The notes under the pieces are model-generated. The model was given only the letters and a program-made list of their open reading frames with translations, ran no database searches and was not told where the DNA came from. This document shows positions 1 to 14,330 of a DNA stretch of 64,000 nucleotides, piece after piece. Source of the stretch: the human T2T-CHM13v2.0 reference genome, Homo sapiens. The position numbers and the translations under genes are program-made. Numbering within the stretch: the stretch's first letter is position 1; each line of letters starts with the position of its first letter. The stretch lies in NCBI RefSeq assembly GCF_009914755.1, contig NC_060940.1; one strand, 5' to 3'.

Positions 1-399
1 AGTATCTGCTTAGGTGGAGAAATCCTGGGCTGGAACAACAGGCTGCAACTTGGCCAAATGACCTCTGATTAAAAGCAAGAGAGCTGGCTTAAAACCTGTT
101 CAAGGCCATTTCGAAAAACCTGGAGGCTTTCCCTGACTGCAAGCTTGGTCTTGGGCAAAAGTGCCTTATGACTGCTAGAAAAGCTAAGAGCATCTCAAAG
201 TTCAAGTGCTGGCATGGAACTTGGGCTATAGCATTGCATGCTGGCCTTCTGCATTCCTCTTGGTGCCTCTTTTTAAGAGGGATGTTGGCAAATTCAGGTG
301 TGTTCAAGGGAGGCAACCTGGAAAAAAAAAAAAGAGTGTTGCGGGGAGCTGAAGAAGGAGGACTCTGGAAGCACAGAAACCCAGATTCCTCCAGCCCTG

Positions 400-560
400 T
401 TACTGCCACTTAGCAGCCATAAGACCTCGAGAAATTGACTCACCATCTCTAAACCAGAGTTTCCTTGTCTTGGGAATTAACAGGAAGATTGTAATGAGTT
501 AAAGTTCATGTGTGAAGCGCTTAGCACCGTGACTGCCACCTCTAAGCACTCAATAAACAG
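400..560 (+). mobile_element. MIR SINE fragment
   Basis: MIR core/tail-like sequence 'gtgaagcgcttagcacc...taagcactcaataaa'. Confidence 0.65.
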
Positions 561-1226
561 GGCTGTTTATGCTTGTTATTCGGAACGGGAGAGGGCTGCA
601 ACTCGGGCACCTGAGGCACAATGGGAAGTGCTGGAGCTGGAAAAGGAATGAGTGATGGACAGACTCGATCATCGTTGTGTAGCATTTGAAGGAGGCTGTC
701 TCTGGTGGGCTGAACTACGATGAATGTTAGCAAAATTCTACAGGCATACTGGGACTCAACCTGGGGAAGCCCCGCAGGCTGCTCAGCATGGATCAGTGAT
801 CCTCATTCTGGCCACCAGCAGAGGTGCCTTGCTACACGCCACCACCTTGGGGCAGGTGCCACTGGACAGTAGCCTGCGTGGACAACTAAAGCTGTCCCTT
901 CTCCACTCTCCCCAGTTAGAAGTATCTGTGACTTCAGATGCAGGGAGATTTTGAAGCTATCCCATTAGAAAGTCAATAGTCTGCCTACCTCATTCTTTAG
1001 CAAGGATGCCCCATAATTAATCAAGTGGGCTGAAGGAATAAAAGCCTCCTGTGCTCATTGCATTCTGTGAGCAAACAATAGCGGGAAACAAATGCCAGAC
1101 GGGCTGTGGTAGGCATAACAGATGACATAGTAGGAATTGGTTTATCTTGGCATCTTGGGGGGCTTTATCTTAGTGTAATCAGTCAATTAGCAAACTTTCC
1201 TAATGGCTGAGAGGCACACTGGCTAG

Positions 1227-1584
<358 letters not shown>

Positions 1585-1617
1585 TGGCCAGCATGTTTTT
1601 AGGTGCTTAGTAGACAT

Positions 1618-1983
1618 TGCATTCTTTCTCCAGGGTTGCCATAACAAAGTACCATAGACTGAGCAGCTTAAGTAGCAGAAATTTAATTTCTTACAATTCT
1701 GTAGGTTAGAAGTCTGAGATCAAGGTGTTGGCAGAGTTGGTTCCTTCTGAGGCCTCTCTTCTTGGCTTGTAGATGGCTGTCTTCTCCCTGTGTCCTCACA
1801 GAGTCTTCCCTCTCTGTCTGTCTGTGCCCTAATCTCTTCTCATGAGGACACCAGTCATATCTGACTAGGGCCCACTATAGTGATCTCCTTTTAACTTACC
1901 TGTTTAAGACAATCATACTGTGAGGTGCTGGAGATTAGGACATCCACATATATATTTGGGGAAACACAATTCAGACCAGAACA
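1618..1983 (-). mobile_element. MaLR solo LTR (MLT1A-like)
   Basis: 'gttgccataacaaagtacca...agaagtctgagatcaaggtgttggcag...ggaaacacaattcagaccagaaca'. Confidence 0.85.
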
Positions 1984-4900
1984 GGCACCACTAAAATTTG
2001 GCAGCACCTTTTAAAAGGGCCTTGAATGGAAAGGAGAGAACCTGTGGTTTACAATAGCCGCCAGAGCACTGGGGGCTCTTGCGATCTCATGAGACCAAAC
2101 TCCAGGTCTAGGCACACCTGGTTTGGGACAGGCCTGCTTTAGCATTGAAAACAGGATCTTTGCCCAACAGGAAGGTTGGAGAATGAGGCATGCATCTAAG
2201 AAAAAAATGCAAGCAAAATAAAAATTCCCACATATTGCCTTAATTGTCTTTAGAGAAGGAAATATCCCAGGGCAAGAATCATCAGGGCATGCTCTGCGCC
2301 CTGCATTTGATTTCATGTTTTCAGGAGCACCCCTCAAGGTCTGGAGAAGCACAGGTGCTGTACCTGTACAAGCCAGCAAGGCAAAGAGGCCTGGTTGCAA
2401 GATGTGAGGCAACATTTTATATTTTACTTATGTTATTCAATTTGTCTACACATCCATCCTTTTCTGGAAAAAGACCATATTGCCACTTGAGTTTCAGTAT
2501 TACAGACATTGTTTTCCTCTAAGTGACTAGACTCTCTGTTTAGCTCGCCACACAACATCATATCTGCCATGTGCTGTCACACACTAATAAAAGCATAGAG
2601 GAGTATGTAAAACAGCATTGCTTCTCTAAAAATTCAGCCCTATTAAGTTTGTTGGTACATCACCTGGATTTTTATTAAAGTAGTAAAAATGTTCCGCAAA
2701 GTGACTTTGAAGTAACAGTACGATTCTGAGCCACGTTAAAGAAATGTTAAGGTGGAGAGCTCTGTTGCTTTCAAATACTAGTATAATTCTGGCCAAATAT
2801 CCCTGTTTAAAATGATCTGAGCACTTTAGGCCTTTTACTAATGTATGGATTATAGTTCAAGCCAGTAGCTAGGGAGCTGTGTGTTTGAGCCTCCATCTCT
2901 ACCACCTAGCAGCAAACAGATCAACCTGGGAAAGGAGCAGCTGCCTGCACTTCATTCACTGAGGATTCTTCCAACCCTCTCTCCGTCTAACGGGCTGGGG
3001 TCCTTCATGGACGCATTGATAGATGACAGTGTGCCAATCCAGCACACACCAGAAATGGTTACTCCACCAGGGAGCTCACCTCATCTTCTGCCATTGGCCT
3101 CCCACCCCACATTTTTCCAATGAGGTTCTTTGAGTCTGACTTATTTTTGACAAAGCCACACTGGTTTGTAATGAGCATTGCATTCTTTTATACAGAGTTG
3201 GGGAGGGAGGGAGATTTTGAAGGGGGAAAACACGAACCAAGTAGGTAGATATTTGCATCTCTCAACTTTTCTCGTCACCAAAAAAAAAAAAAATTTCCTC
3301 TTCAAATTTGTAGGTAAAAAGACGTGTTTCTTTAACTTTACCTCTCACAAATGGTATGTTCATCTATCGGCTGGGACTCTTTTAGTTAAAAAGGAAACCT
3401 AACTCAAACCAGAATGGGGGTGGGGAAAGTGAATTGATGTATCTCACATAACTGGGAGATCCAAGGGTGGATGTGGTTTTAACCAGAACTCGATCTGAGG
3501 GTTTGTGGGAAATATTCAAATTAGAACAGTTAAGAGCAGACACCAGCCAATCAAAACAGTCCATGCCAGTGACGTCAGCCCTGCATGTGCCGTCAGGGTG
3601 GGGCTATCAGGAATCTCTCTCCCTCTTGACTGCCTTCCTCATTGTCAACATTACTCTCAAAGAGGCTTTGGTCAGGTTTCAAAAGGCCAGCAGTAGCTCT
3701 GGGTCTACAGCTCCCCAGCTCTGCACCCCAGAGAAATGCCTGTCCAGTATTCTCCAAAATTCCTGGGCTCATGCTCACTTGTCCAGAGTAGATCTCTAGC
3801 CCACCCTATACCCATCGCTGGCCACTGGCCCCATCCAAAACTCTGGGGCAGTGAGTGGAGGGGGGGCTGCCCTACGCCAAATCAGGTGGTCTTACAGGAA
3901 GAAGTGAAAATAGATGCCGCAGAAGCCACAACAATCCCATCCACTGCAAATCACACGATAGTAAATGGCACTTTAGACCCCTTCTATAGTTTCCAGAAAT
4001 GTAGAGAGGATCACGTTGCTTTAGTGTCTTGCCCCAAGTGCTATTAATATCCCTGTCCCTAAAAGATTGATTTTTATTATCGGTAGAAATACTTAATAGA
4101 AATGAAATCTACGCTCTCGGTCATAGATAGCTGGCATAAAAATTAAACAAAACACTGTGAAGCATACTTCTGAAGTGACCGCATACCTAGCTATGCTGCC
4201 CCAGTGAGCTCAAGTGTGTTTTCATTAGGGCATTTGGTAAGCCTGGGGGAAACTGTTTCTGCCCCACAAAGGAATGTTCTGCAAACATTCAGTAACTAAC
4301 CATGTGATGCTTTCTACCTCTGTAACTAAAGCTAAAGACTTTTACCTATTGACTTGGATTCTCAGCTATCAGTAGGAGGGACAGTTTCAAAACATTGTCT
4401 ATAGAGACTGTAACATATGACTATCACAAGACAGACTCAGGAACTGTTGAATATTCATGAGTTAAATGGGCAAAATGTTTGACATCCTGGCATCTTTGGA
4501 TGTGTTTGTTTTACATTTAGTAGCTTTTCTATAGAAGACAGAAATGGGAAATGCCTTCTTAATCTGCTTGAAGGAGAGGGTTCTGATGATACTCATCTAT
4601 CTTCGATGAGAATGGGTCTTTATCTTTAATTCCTAATTAACGGTTTTGCCAACTACCTTTATCTATTTCCCTTGTGATTTTAAGAGAAAGGAAAAGTCTT
4701 GAGTGTGTTGCCTCTGCCCATCTGTTTCTTTACATCATTTGCGAGCTCAGGTACTTGTTATTTGCTGAGCAAGGACTTTCCAGCTAGGATTGGATAAAGC
4801 AGTAGCTAGGTTCGAGAGTAAGAGTTTTATTGCTATCATTTAGAGTATTTCTTCATTCGTTCATGCATGCCTTTGCTCATAAATACCCCCACCTTATTCC

Positions 4901-5860
4901 ACAAAAGATATGAAATGGAGCTTTATTGCTATGAGTTCATGCTGGCATAAATATTAAGCTCTGTGTAATAATCACTTGGGCTATTCCCGTACATAGTGCA
5001 GAGTTACTTATGGCCAACGCAAAGTCTATTTTCCCATCAGAGGTTAACGTTCCCATTTACTTGATCAGGGTTTGGATAATGCTTCATTCACAGCTGTTTT
5101 TCGCTTGCAAGAATCCATCTACTTTATCCTCACTGACCTTACCCTGGCAGGTGGTGCCAGGATTTCCTCAGGCAGTTGTTTGTTTTAGCATTTTCGAGTA
5201 TTTATACTGGCTGCGGTAAGGGAGCCAGGATCCTGGGGCTTGTAAGTACCAGGTCTTGGTAAGTCTCCTTCCTGGCAGCAGCAGCAGCGTTAGTAAAATG
5301 CATTTTCCAATACTATCCTGTGTCTTAAATGGTATTTTTATCCATTAGAGTTGAGTGCAAGCAATAGAAATTAACTCTGAAGAACGAATGCAAAAACAGT
5401 GTCTTTGAGGGCTGTGTGTCGCTGACAGGCAGGCGGGTCCCTCAGGGGAGCCCTGGTGGACAGTCTGATGCTCGGTGCCAACTGTCAGCCCAGGCCAGGA
5501 GTCAGAGTTGGGAGAGATTGTGATGCCTTGGCTTGGGTCAGGGCCCACTTCCTAGCTCGGGGATGGTCAACCTTGACAACAGCGTGTGACAAGGGTGGAG
5601 TCATAGCAATTAGGGTGTTTTTACCAAAGTGAAGGAAGACGAAATGCCTTCCTGGGTGGGGAAAAAAACAACAGATGTCCACTACCCTCCCCTTTTGCAG
5701 TAATTTTCTCTCCATATTTGATGACTATTCTATCAGATATTGTTAAAATCTTTCCCCAGTATATGCAATTTACCTTTAATGTCATCTTCTTGGTACAGTC
5801 TTCCATTTTGCTGAGTTCATTTTGTTTTCCATAAAGCTAGGAAAACTTAGACTTGCCCAC

Positions 5861-6551
<691 letters not shown>

Positions 6552-6679
6552 TGGCCTCTTTAATGATTGTTTACTTGGGTAGGTAAAGTCTTCCAGTCCT
6601 TTTCATTCTCTCTAAAATCAGAAACTCTTTGGAAATATCTGAATTTTCAGATCAACATCATTGCCTGTAAAACTCTTTA

Positions 6680-7050
<371 letters not shown>

Positions 7051-7802
7051 TGAGGCAAATGAAGACTTGTAGTGATTGCTTTACTATAATCCCCTAATCT
7101 CCCCTGACTTCTTCCCCACTTTTTGTATATATTTTCCATCTTCTCCCATTGGGTTCAGTCTGAACTGAATCTGTCTGAACTGCCTGGTTCACCGCACGTG
7201 AAAGTCCCTGTCTCCACTTTCTTCTGTCTCAGGAAACAGGCTCAGGGCAGCTGAGAAACAGGCCCAGGCCATCCTGCTGAAGGACGACACCATCAGGAAG
7301 AAACAGGTAGTGACATGAAATGGGCACCTACTATGAGCCAAGGGCTGACTCTTGGTGTCTATTTCTTCATTTAATGATCACGGGGACGCTGTGAGCTCCT
7401 TTCACCTCTCACTGCCTCAATTTCCTTACCTGTAAGTGGCGACGATAATTCCTTCCTCCAGGACTATTGTGAGAGTTTGAGAGCTAGTTTGGAGAAAAAG
7501 TAGGCCAATTAACCAGCTCCCCTGCATGCAAAGCTTGTTATTTCTCTGTGACAGAGGCAGCTCTTTAAAATCTTACCGTGCACGTTCTGCAGGACACCTT
7601 TCTCTGGATTTTTCTTTCACGCAAACCCCATTCAGTTCCTACTGTGCTCTGCTTGCCTCTCCTGTTGTTGAGAGGCTCAGGAAAAACAACTGGAACTAAT
7701 TCACCACTCTGGCTTGATGAAGTCACTTCCTGCTGCTCTGGGCATTGGCCTCTGGAACAATCAACCGCTGTCTGGTGGGAATTCTATTAACATGACTGTG
7801 AC

Positions 7803-7960
7803 TGTCTTACTTTGGACAGTCTTACTTTGGATTGCCCCCGAAGCAGATGCTGAGACAAGGGTTAGGGTGAAAATAGTTTAGTTGGGAGAAAATCCCATAA
7901 AATACCAGCGGGAGAGCAGGAAGTGGGACAGGAGAGGAACACAGCCCACACACTCTGCAT
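7803..7960. mobile_element. ERVL LTR fragment (LTR16-like)
   Basis: 'gaagcagatgctgagacaaggg...tagtttagttgggag' resembles the LTR16 family. Confidence 0.5.
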
Positions 7961-8042
7961 TGTCCATCCAGCCACCACTATGCGTACAGGAGCTGAATCC
8001 CAGAGGAACACACTCCTGGGCTTATTCCATCCAAGTAATATC

Positions 8043-8624
8043 GTAGGCTGGGGGAGGTCCCCAAACGCCAGTGAGTCCTTGACCCCAGTCATTGTCCAGG
8101 CTCTTGACTGTGAGAAGAAATTCAAGAATGAGTCAGAAAATAGTGAAAGTATGGTTTATTGCAAAGCAAAAAGTATACACTCAAGAAAGGTGAGTGTGAG
8201 CGTTTTCAAGAGTGAAGGAATCGCTCTCAAGGGGGATTGGGGTTGCTACCTCTATGGATTTCTTTAACCAAGCAGTGGAATGTTCATGAAGATTCCTGGA
8301 AAAAGGTGGAGATTTCTCATAACTGAGGTGTCACCCATTTTTGCACCAAATATGGGTGTTCCTGGAACCATCGAGGTGCCGGTGGGTGTGTGATATAGTA
8401 TGTTAACGAGCATATATTGAGGTCCTAGGGAAAACCTAAGTGAAATCCACCACCACGATGGGTCCAGTTGGTCTTAGCCAGCTTGGCCCACACTCTTGTT
8501 TTTTCAGGGTCTTATCAGCCCCTAGCTTCTGCAGCTATTTCAACATTTTCCTTTTGCTAATCATGTGAAACTACTGCCTGGAATTTTCTATTCTTCTATG
8601 ACCACCCTGTATTCTTCTTGTCTC
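8043..8624 (-). mobile_element. ERV1-class solo LTR (subfamily not resolved)
   Basis: 'agaaattcaagaatgagtcag...ggtttattgcaaag' (reverse poly(A) signal); ends 'cttgtctca'. Confidence 0.6.
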
Positions 8625-9939
8625 ATGGGGAGCAAGGGAGCTGAGGTATAAGTACCCCAGTCATTGGGTGAGGGTTGCTCCTGAGAGAGGTGCTGATTCT
8701 CATCGCATTCAGCCTGCTGCATAGATGAGCAAAGGCCTTTGGCTGCTGGTGCAAGTTCTCTGGCAAAGGAATGCAGGTGCTGACAGGTGCATTTGGCCTG
8801 ATATGCACTGTAGGGGGATGGCTTCCAGGGCACCCTCAATGCCTCTTAAAATCATTCTCTCCTTAAAACCAGCCCATTCATCTCTTGGGGGCTTCTGCCT
8901 CTCTTTCAGACAAATTATTGCAGAGAGTCCAGTAGCCAAGTAGAATTGCATTGAGCAGGCACATTTGACAATGACATTTGATTCCAGAACTTGTCAAGCT
9001 TTGTTCTCAGAATATGACCAGATCCTAATAATGTCTGTCCACTGTTGAGGGACCACTGCGTACCAGACCCTATGTGGGATCTGTGAAGTCTATTACCTCA
9101 TTCAGTCATCCCAGCAACCCTGTGAGGGATCCCCCACTGTCTCCAATTTCTGCACTAGGAGAGGGCGACATGGGGAGGTTATGCCACACTCCACGTCACT
9201 CACCCACGGCCCTCTCAGTAAACGGTGGACACAGGATCCGTAGCCTGAATGTCTGTGTCATGGTCAAGCTCCAGGTCTTTTCCAGCGCCACATTTTCCAG
9301 CACAACAACTAGATTAGTAAGTGTTCGCTTATGAGGATGTACTAGGAGCGTAGCTACCGAGCGCTTCCTGCATACCACGTGCAGTTATACACACCTCACA
9401 TGTAAGAATTTAAACCCCCACGGTGACGCTAGGAGGTATGCACGGTTACTTCCATTATAAGGTGAGGAGGCTGTGGCATACCATGTTCTGTGCCATGTCC
9501 TCAGATACCATTATACCAGATGCCATTCCTTAAGCCCCTGAGTACCAATCCCACTCCCTCTCCATCACACACAGCCACTATGGAATACACTCACATCAGC
9601 GTCAGTTGGCCCCACTCACTGTGGGGCAGAATTTCCCTGGTCTGATGCCTGGCATCTGCCCAGAAGGCACTGCAGCATAGGGGACAGTGGGGTCAGACTC
9701 CACTGTAGGAATCTACATCTCCCTGCACACACTGTGAGGCCTTGCAAGGGCTACTGCACATCAGCGAGCCTCCATTTTCCTCATATTCAAGATGGAATCA
9801 AGCTTGTCTTCCTGGCGGGTTGGTGAAGATGGCACTAAATGAGAAGGGAACAGGGTAGGCACCAAATGGTTGCTGCTGCCGAATTTGGGACCGGGGTGCT
9901 GGTGGTCATCTGAGTGCCAGCTCTGCCTGACCTTGATCC

Positions 9940-10128
9940 AGTACATACGTACACACACACACACACGTTCACACACTTGTGCATGTACACATGTGTACAT
10001 CATGCACATACATGTCCACACATTCACACACCACTCCCACATCTGCACCCACATGCAAGTACTCATACATGCACTCATGCACACACATGCACACACATTC
10101 ACACATGTGCACTCACACATGCACACAC
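9940..10128. repeat. CA/CATG-rich low-complexity repeat
   Basis: Runs of acacac, acatgc and acatgt seen directly. Confidence 0.9.
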
Positions 10129-10231
10129 TCTCCAGTAAGCTTTTTGGAGTTCATCAATATTACACCCAAGTCAGCATTTATTGAGCACCTACTGCATACC
10201 AGCATTATGCCAAGCACAAGAGATTAGGGGA

Positions 10232-10363
10232 AGTTGGGCGTAATGGCTCACGTTCATAATCCTGCTCTTTGGGAGGCTGAGGCAGGAAGATTCCTTGAGC
10301 GTAGGAGTTCGAGGACAGCCTGGGCAACATAGTGAGACCCCGTCTCTGTCTTTAAAAAAAAAA
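10232..10363 (+). mobile_element. FLAM / Alu left monomer
   Basis: Single Alu arm followed by an A tail. Confidence 0.85.
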
Positions 10364-11924
10364 GACACAAGGGGAGCCCAGAAATGAAACAGCCAATGTA
10401 TCATTTCAGGCAGACCATCTCGTTTTCACAGGAAGCAGCAAAGACAGGGTGCCAGACACCTTTGCCACGCTCCACTGGCTTCCATACTCTGAGAAAAGAG
10501 GGAATCCGACTCATGAGAGCCAGAAATGAAATTGATGCAATCCCAAACCCAGGGCCAGTCCATCCTGGAAGGTAAGCCCCATGGGGCCTTGTGACTGCCT
10601 CTTCTTTCAAGCAAGGTCCTGTCATAATTTTCTCCCTGGCACAACCTTTATGGAGTGGGTTATAACTGTGCCTGAAATGGACTGGCCTCTGGCAGAGCAT
10701 TCCTCGGTGTGGGAGCCATCAGGCCCTCAGGAACGAGTCTTCCTGCCACCAGGAGGTTTCATGTATGCACCTGTATCATCAGTAGTGTGGTGTTTCCGTA
10801 TCGTCAGAACTCAGCACACCATTTCTGGCCAGCATGGTTGTTTGATGTAGACTGAGAAGTGGGTTCAGTAATGAGCACCTGGCACACTCAAACTCTGCTA
10901 GGGTTGGGTGGCCACACTCCTTTGAGGCTTGACCAATGTCACCTGAAGGTCACCACCAGTAGCCATCCAGAACAGTTTAATTGGGGGTTGGCAGTCCATC
11001 TGCAGTGACACACTGCCTGTGTCCTCCAAAACTCAGTGGATTGGAGAATTGAGTCACGATGAATCTTGTAACCCATACCCAGAGCCCTGAAGAACGCAGG
11101 TTGTTTGCACGCCCAGCCACAAAGAAGTTGCCTTCTCTTGATCTTTGAAGCAATTAAATGTCATTTAGAGAGGAGAGGTTTGCTGTTTAAAAATATTTTT
11201 TAAAACAGCTTGAGTTTATTCTTGTAAGGCTGCCATTGGGTCTGAGACCCCAGAGGAGCAGTGCGCTGCCTTGCAGTTACTCCGCAGTGGGCAAGACAGG
11301 CATGTTTTGCTCTGGGAAGAGTTGCTGAACACCTGTCTGAGCAAGGGACTCTTTGTGGCTGTCTGGTCGTTATGTACACCACTTGGTCCTACCTCCAAGT
11401 AGCTTGTGGTCTCCTGGGAGCTGTAAGAAATCCAAACCAGCAAACAACATAGTTTTTGTTTCCAGTGTTAACCACCTGGCGAATGGTCCAGATAGGAATG
11501 CTGTAGAAGCTCCAGGGAGGAAGAGACTCCAGGGGCTCAAGTGGTTTAGCAGGGCTAGCAGGACTAGCAGGACAAGACAGAGTTTGAATGAGATCGTTGC
11601 ATCTAAGTGGAATAAGGAGAAGCTGATAATGCAAGAAGGTCAACCGTCTCACACACATCTAGGGACCGTGGGGAAACCCATTTTGCTAGAGTAGAGAGAT
11701 TGGATGAGGAAGTACAGGCTGCACCCTGGAGCCAAGCTAAGTAAACTGGACTTCATTCTGAACTGGGAGTGGAGGGGTCCATGTGCAAAAGAGCACTGTG
11801 GGAGGATCCAGGGGACACTGGAGCCCTGGAGCTTGTTAGGAAGCAAGCTACTCATTCCCAGGGAAGAAAGAGGAGGACTCAGAGTGGGGAGGAGTGTGCC
11901 ACATGAAAGGTGCCCACAGTATTC

Positions 11925-12100
11925 AAATCCCAACTTCGCTGCCTGCTAATTATGTGAACCGATGCTGGCTACACAATCTCTCTGAGCCTTGCTATTCTCA
12001 TCCCTGAAATGGCAATAGTAATCCCAGCCTCAAACAATGATAGTTAAGATTATATGAAATATCATGCATGTAGTGCCAGCTACATATGTACAGTGTCCAA
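11925..12100 (+). mobile_element. MIR
   Basis: 'ttcaaatccc...tctctgagcct...aaatggcaatagtaat' core. Confidence 0.65.
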
Positions 12101-12142
12101 CCCCACAAAGGGGATCCCTGTTATTCGTAGGGAGATGGTGTA

Positions 12143-12350
12143 GCAGTGTTGCCCTAGAGCCAATTCATAGCAGTTTGCAGGAGCCAGTTGTTACCATCTC
12201 TTTGTAGCTGTGCATTCAGTGACATCGTGGGAGTAACTCGAAACTGGCCACAGTGGAAATACTTCTATCATGGAATTAGACAAACACTATTAATTCAAGC
12301 TTTCCCCACCTCCAGAGAATCAGATGTTAAACATTTGCCAGTGTTCCTCT
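12143..12350. mobile_element. MER63A-like hAT (Blackjack) MITE
   Basis: 'cagtg..gagccagttgtta...cattcagtgacatc...gttaaacatttgccag'. Confidence 0.65.
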
Positions 12351-13224
12351 GGCAAAGAAAAGGAAAATAGCCAGAGGTAAGTGAAATCAAATGAGAGAAG
12401 TCCAACCTTGCAAAACTGAGCCAACTGCACTGATGTATCCTGTTGTCTGTCCCACACCCTCGCAAGGCTTTTGGTCTTTGTCCAGCAGAGTCACCACGTC
12501 TTATTCAGGTTACAGTGCTGAGCTATTTGGAAACCAGGCTGGGGGGGTGGATTTCAATGTCATCTTACTAAAAAAGTTCACTAATGAAAAGTGTATTGCT
12601 AAGACAGCAGCTTCATATTTCTCCCAGTCTTTATCAGCAGCCATGGATTGAATCGTTGACTTGATTTTACTACACTGAGGTCCCACTGAGGAAGGCCAAG
12701 TTCCTAAATCATGCACCTGACAGGTGCCATATTTCTGAGCACAGAGCTGAGCTGTGACCTTCTAGTTTCACAGTAACTAGAGCTGGGTGACATGCTTAAT
12801 AAAGGGAGTACATGGTGCATTTTTAAAATATGGAATGAAGGTGGAATCATGCAGACATGTCAGTCTGAAACTGGTTACCAGAAGCAAGGTGATCAATCTT
12901 CCTGCCTGTCTTAGGATGCTGATGTGAGAAGCACGATGACTTTCACTTGGCAGAAGGATTTGGAAGTATCTGGGCTTGATAAGCTACCTCATGCCAAGGA
13001 CCATGCTCTGTATACGATTTCATCTTTTCACCCACCCTATGAGTGAGGTTTTAGTGTCTCCATTTCACATATAGAGAAGTAAAAGCTTGGAAGGTTAGCA
13101 CCTCTCTCCATGTCCCACAGATACTAAAGGGCTGAGCCAAGATTTGAGTGTGCTTTTGTCTGATTCGCCTCTGCTTGGCCCTCTGTCTCCAAGCTGCTGC
13201 TTAGCTGGAGGCTCCTCAGTGACA

Positions 13225-13605
13225 TCAGCTCACTGTGGCTCCCTCTGCCTGGAATGTTCTCCCTTGCCCAGGCCTTCATGTGACTGTCTCCTTTTCACTT
13301 CAGTCTCACTATCATCTCCTTTGCAAGGCTTTCCCTGATCACCTTCGCTAAAGAAGCCCTCCTCAACTCTGCCCACCTGTCACTGGTCACTCCCTGTACT
13401 GTTGCCCAATGGGACGGCTTTCAGAGCACATACCACTCTCTGAAGTTATCGTATTGTGTGTTAACTATTTTTATGGTCTCCCTTCCTCTTGTAGAACAGA
13501 AGCTCCATGAGAACAGGAATTTCATGCCTTGTTCTCTTTCATATATGCAGAGTAAAGAAGAATGTCTGACATATAATAGCTACACAATAAATATTGAAAG
13601 AATGA
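13225..13605 (+). mobile_element. L2 3' end
   Basis: 'ccctctgcctggaatgttct...aagctccatgagaacagg...caataaatattgaaagaatga'. Confidence 0.8.
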
Positions 13606-13642
13606 GGGGATGGGTGGACAGATGCATAGATCCATGGAAGAA

Positions 13643-13684
13643 TGGATGGATGGATGGATGGATGGATGGATAGATGGATGGATA
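13643..13684. repeat. (TGGA)n microsatellite
   Basis: Direct reading; follows the L2 tail. Confidence 0.95.
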
Positions 13685-13721
13685 CATGAATTGATGGATG
13701 CATGGATAGACACATGGATGA

Positions 13722-14330
13722 GTGATGAATGCCTGGGTGGGTGATGAATGCATGGATGAATGTGGAATGCATGGATGGATGATGAATGCATGGGTGCGTG
13801 ATGAACGCATGGGTGAGTGGTGAATGCGTGGGTGAGTGATGAATGCATGGGTGAGTGTGGAAAGCATGGGTGGGTGATGAATGTATGGGTGAGTGATGAA
13901 TGCATGGGTGGGTGATGAATGCATGGGTGGGTGATGAATACATGGGTGAGTGATAAATGCATGGGTGGGTGATGAATGCATGGGTGGGTGATGAATGCAT
14001 GGATGAATGTGGAATGCATGGGTGGATGATGAATGCATGGGTGGGTGATTAATGCATGGGTAGGTGATGAATGCATGGGTGAGTGATGAATGCATGGATG
14101 AGTGTGGAATGCATGGCTGAGTGATGAATGCATGGGTGGGGGATGAATGCATGGGTGGGTGATGAATGCATGGGTGAGTGATGAATGCATAGGTGAGTGA
14201 GGAATGCATGGGTGGATGATGAATGCATGGGTGGATGATGAATGCATGGATGAGTGTGGAATGCATGGGTGAGTGATAAATGCATGAGTCGGTGGATGAA
14301 TGCATGGGTGAATGATGAATGCATGAATGG
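13722..14330. repeat. 19-bp minisatellite, ~32 units, consensus GTGATGAATGCATGGGTG(G/A)
   Basis: Periodicity seen directly; variant units recur at exact multiples of 19. Confidence 0.95.

Noticed and set aside
13722-14330. CRISPR-like regular array
   Set aside because: The units are head-to-tail with no unique spacers, there are no cas genes, and the context is eukaryotic.
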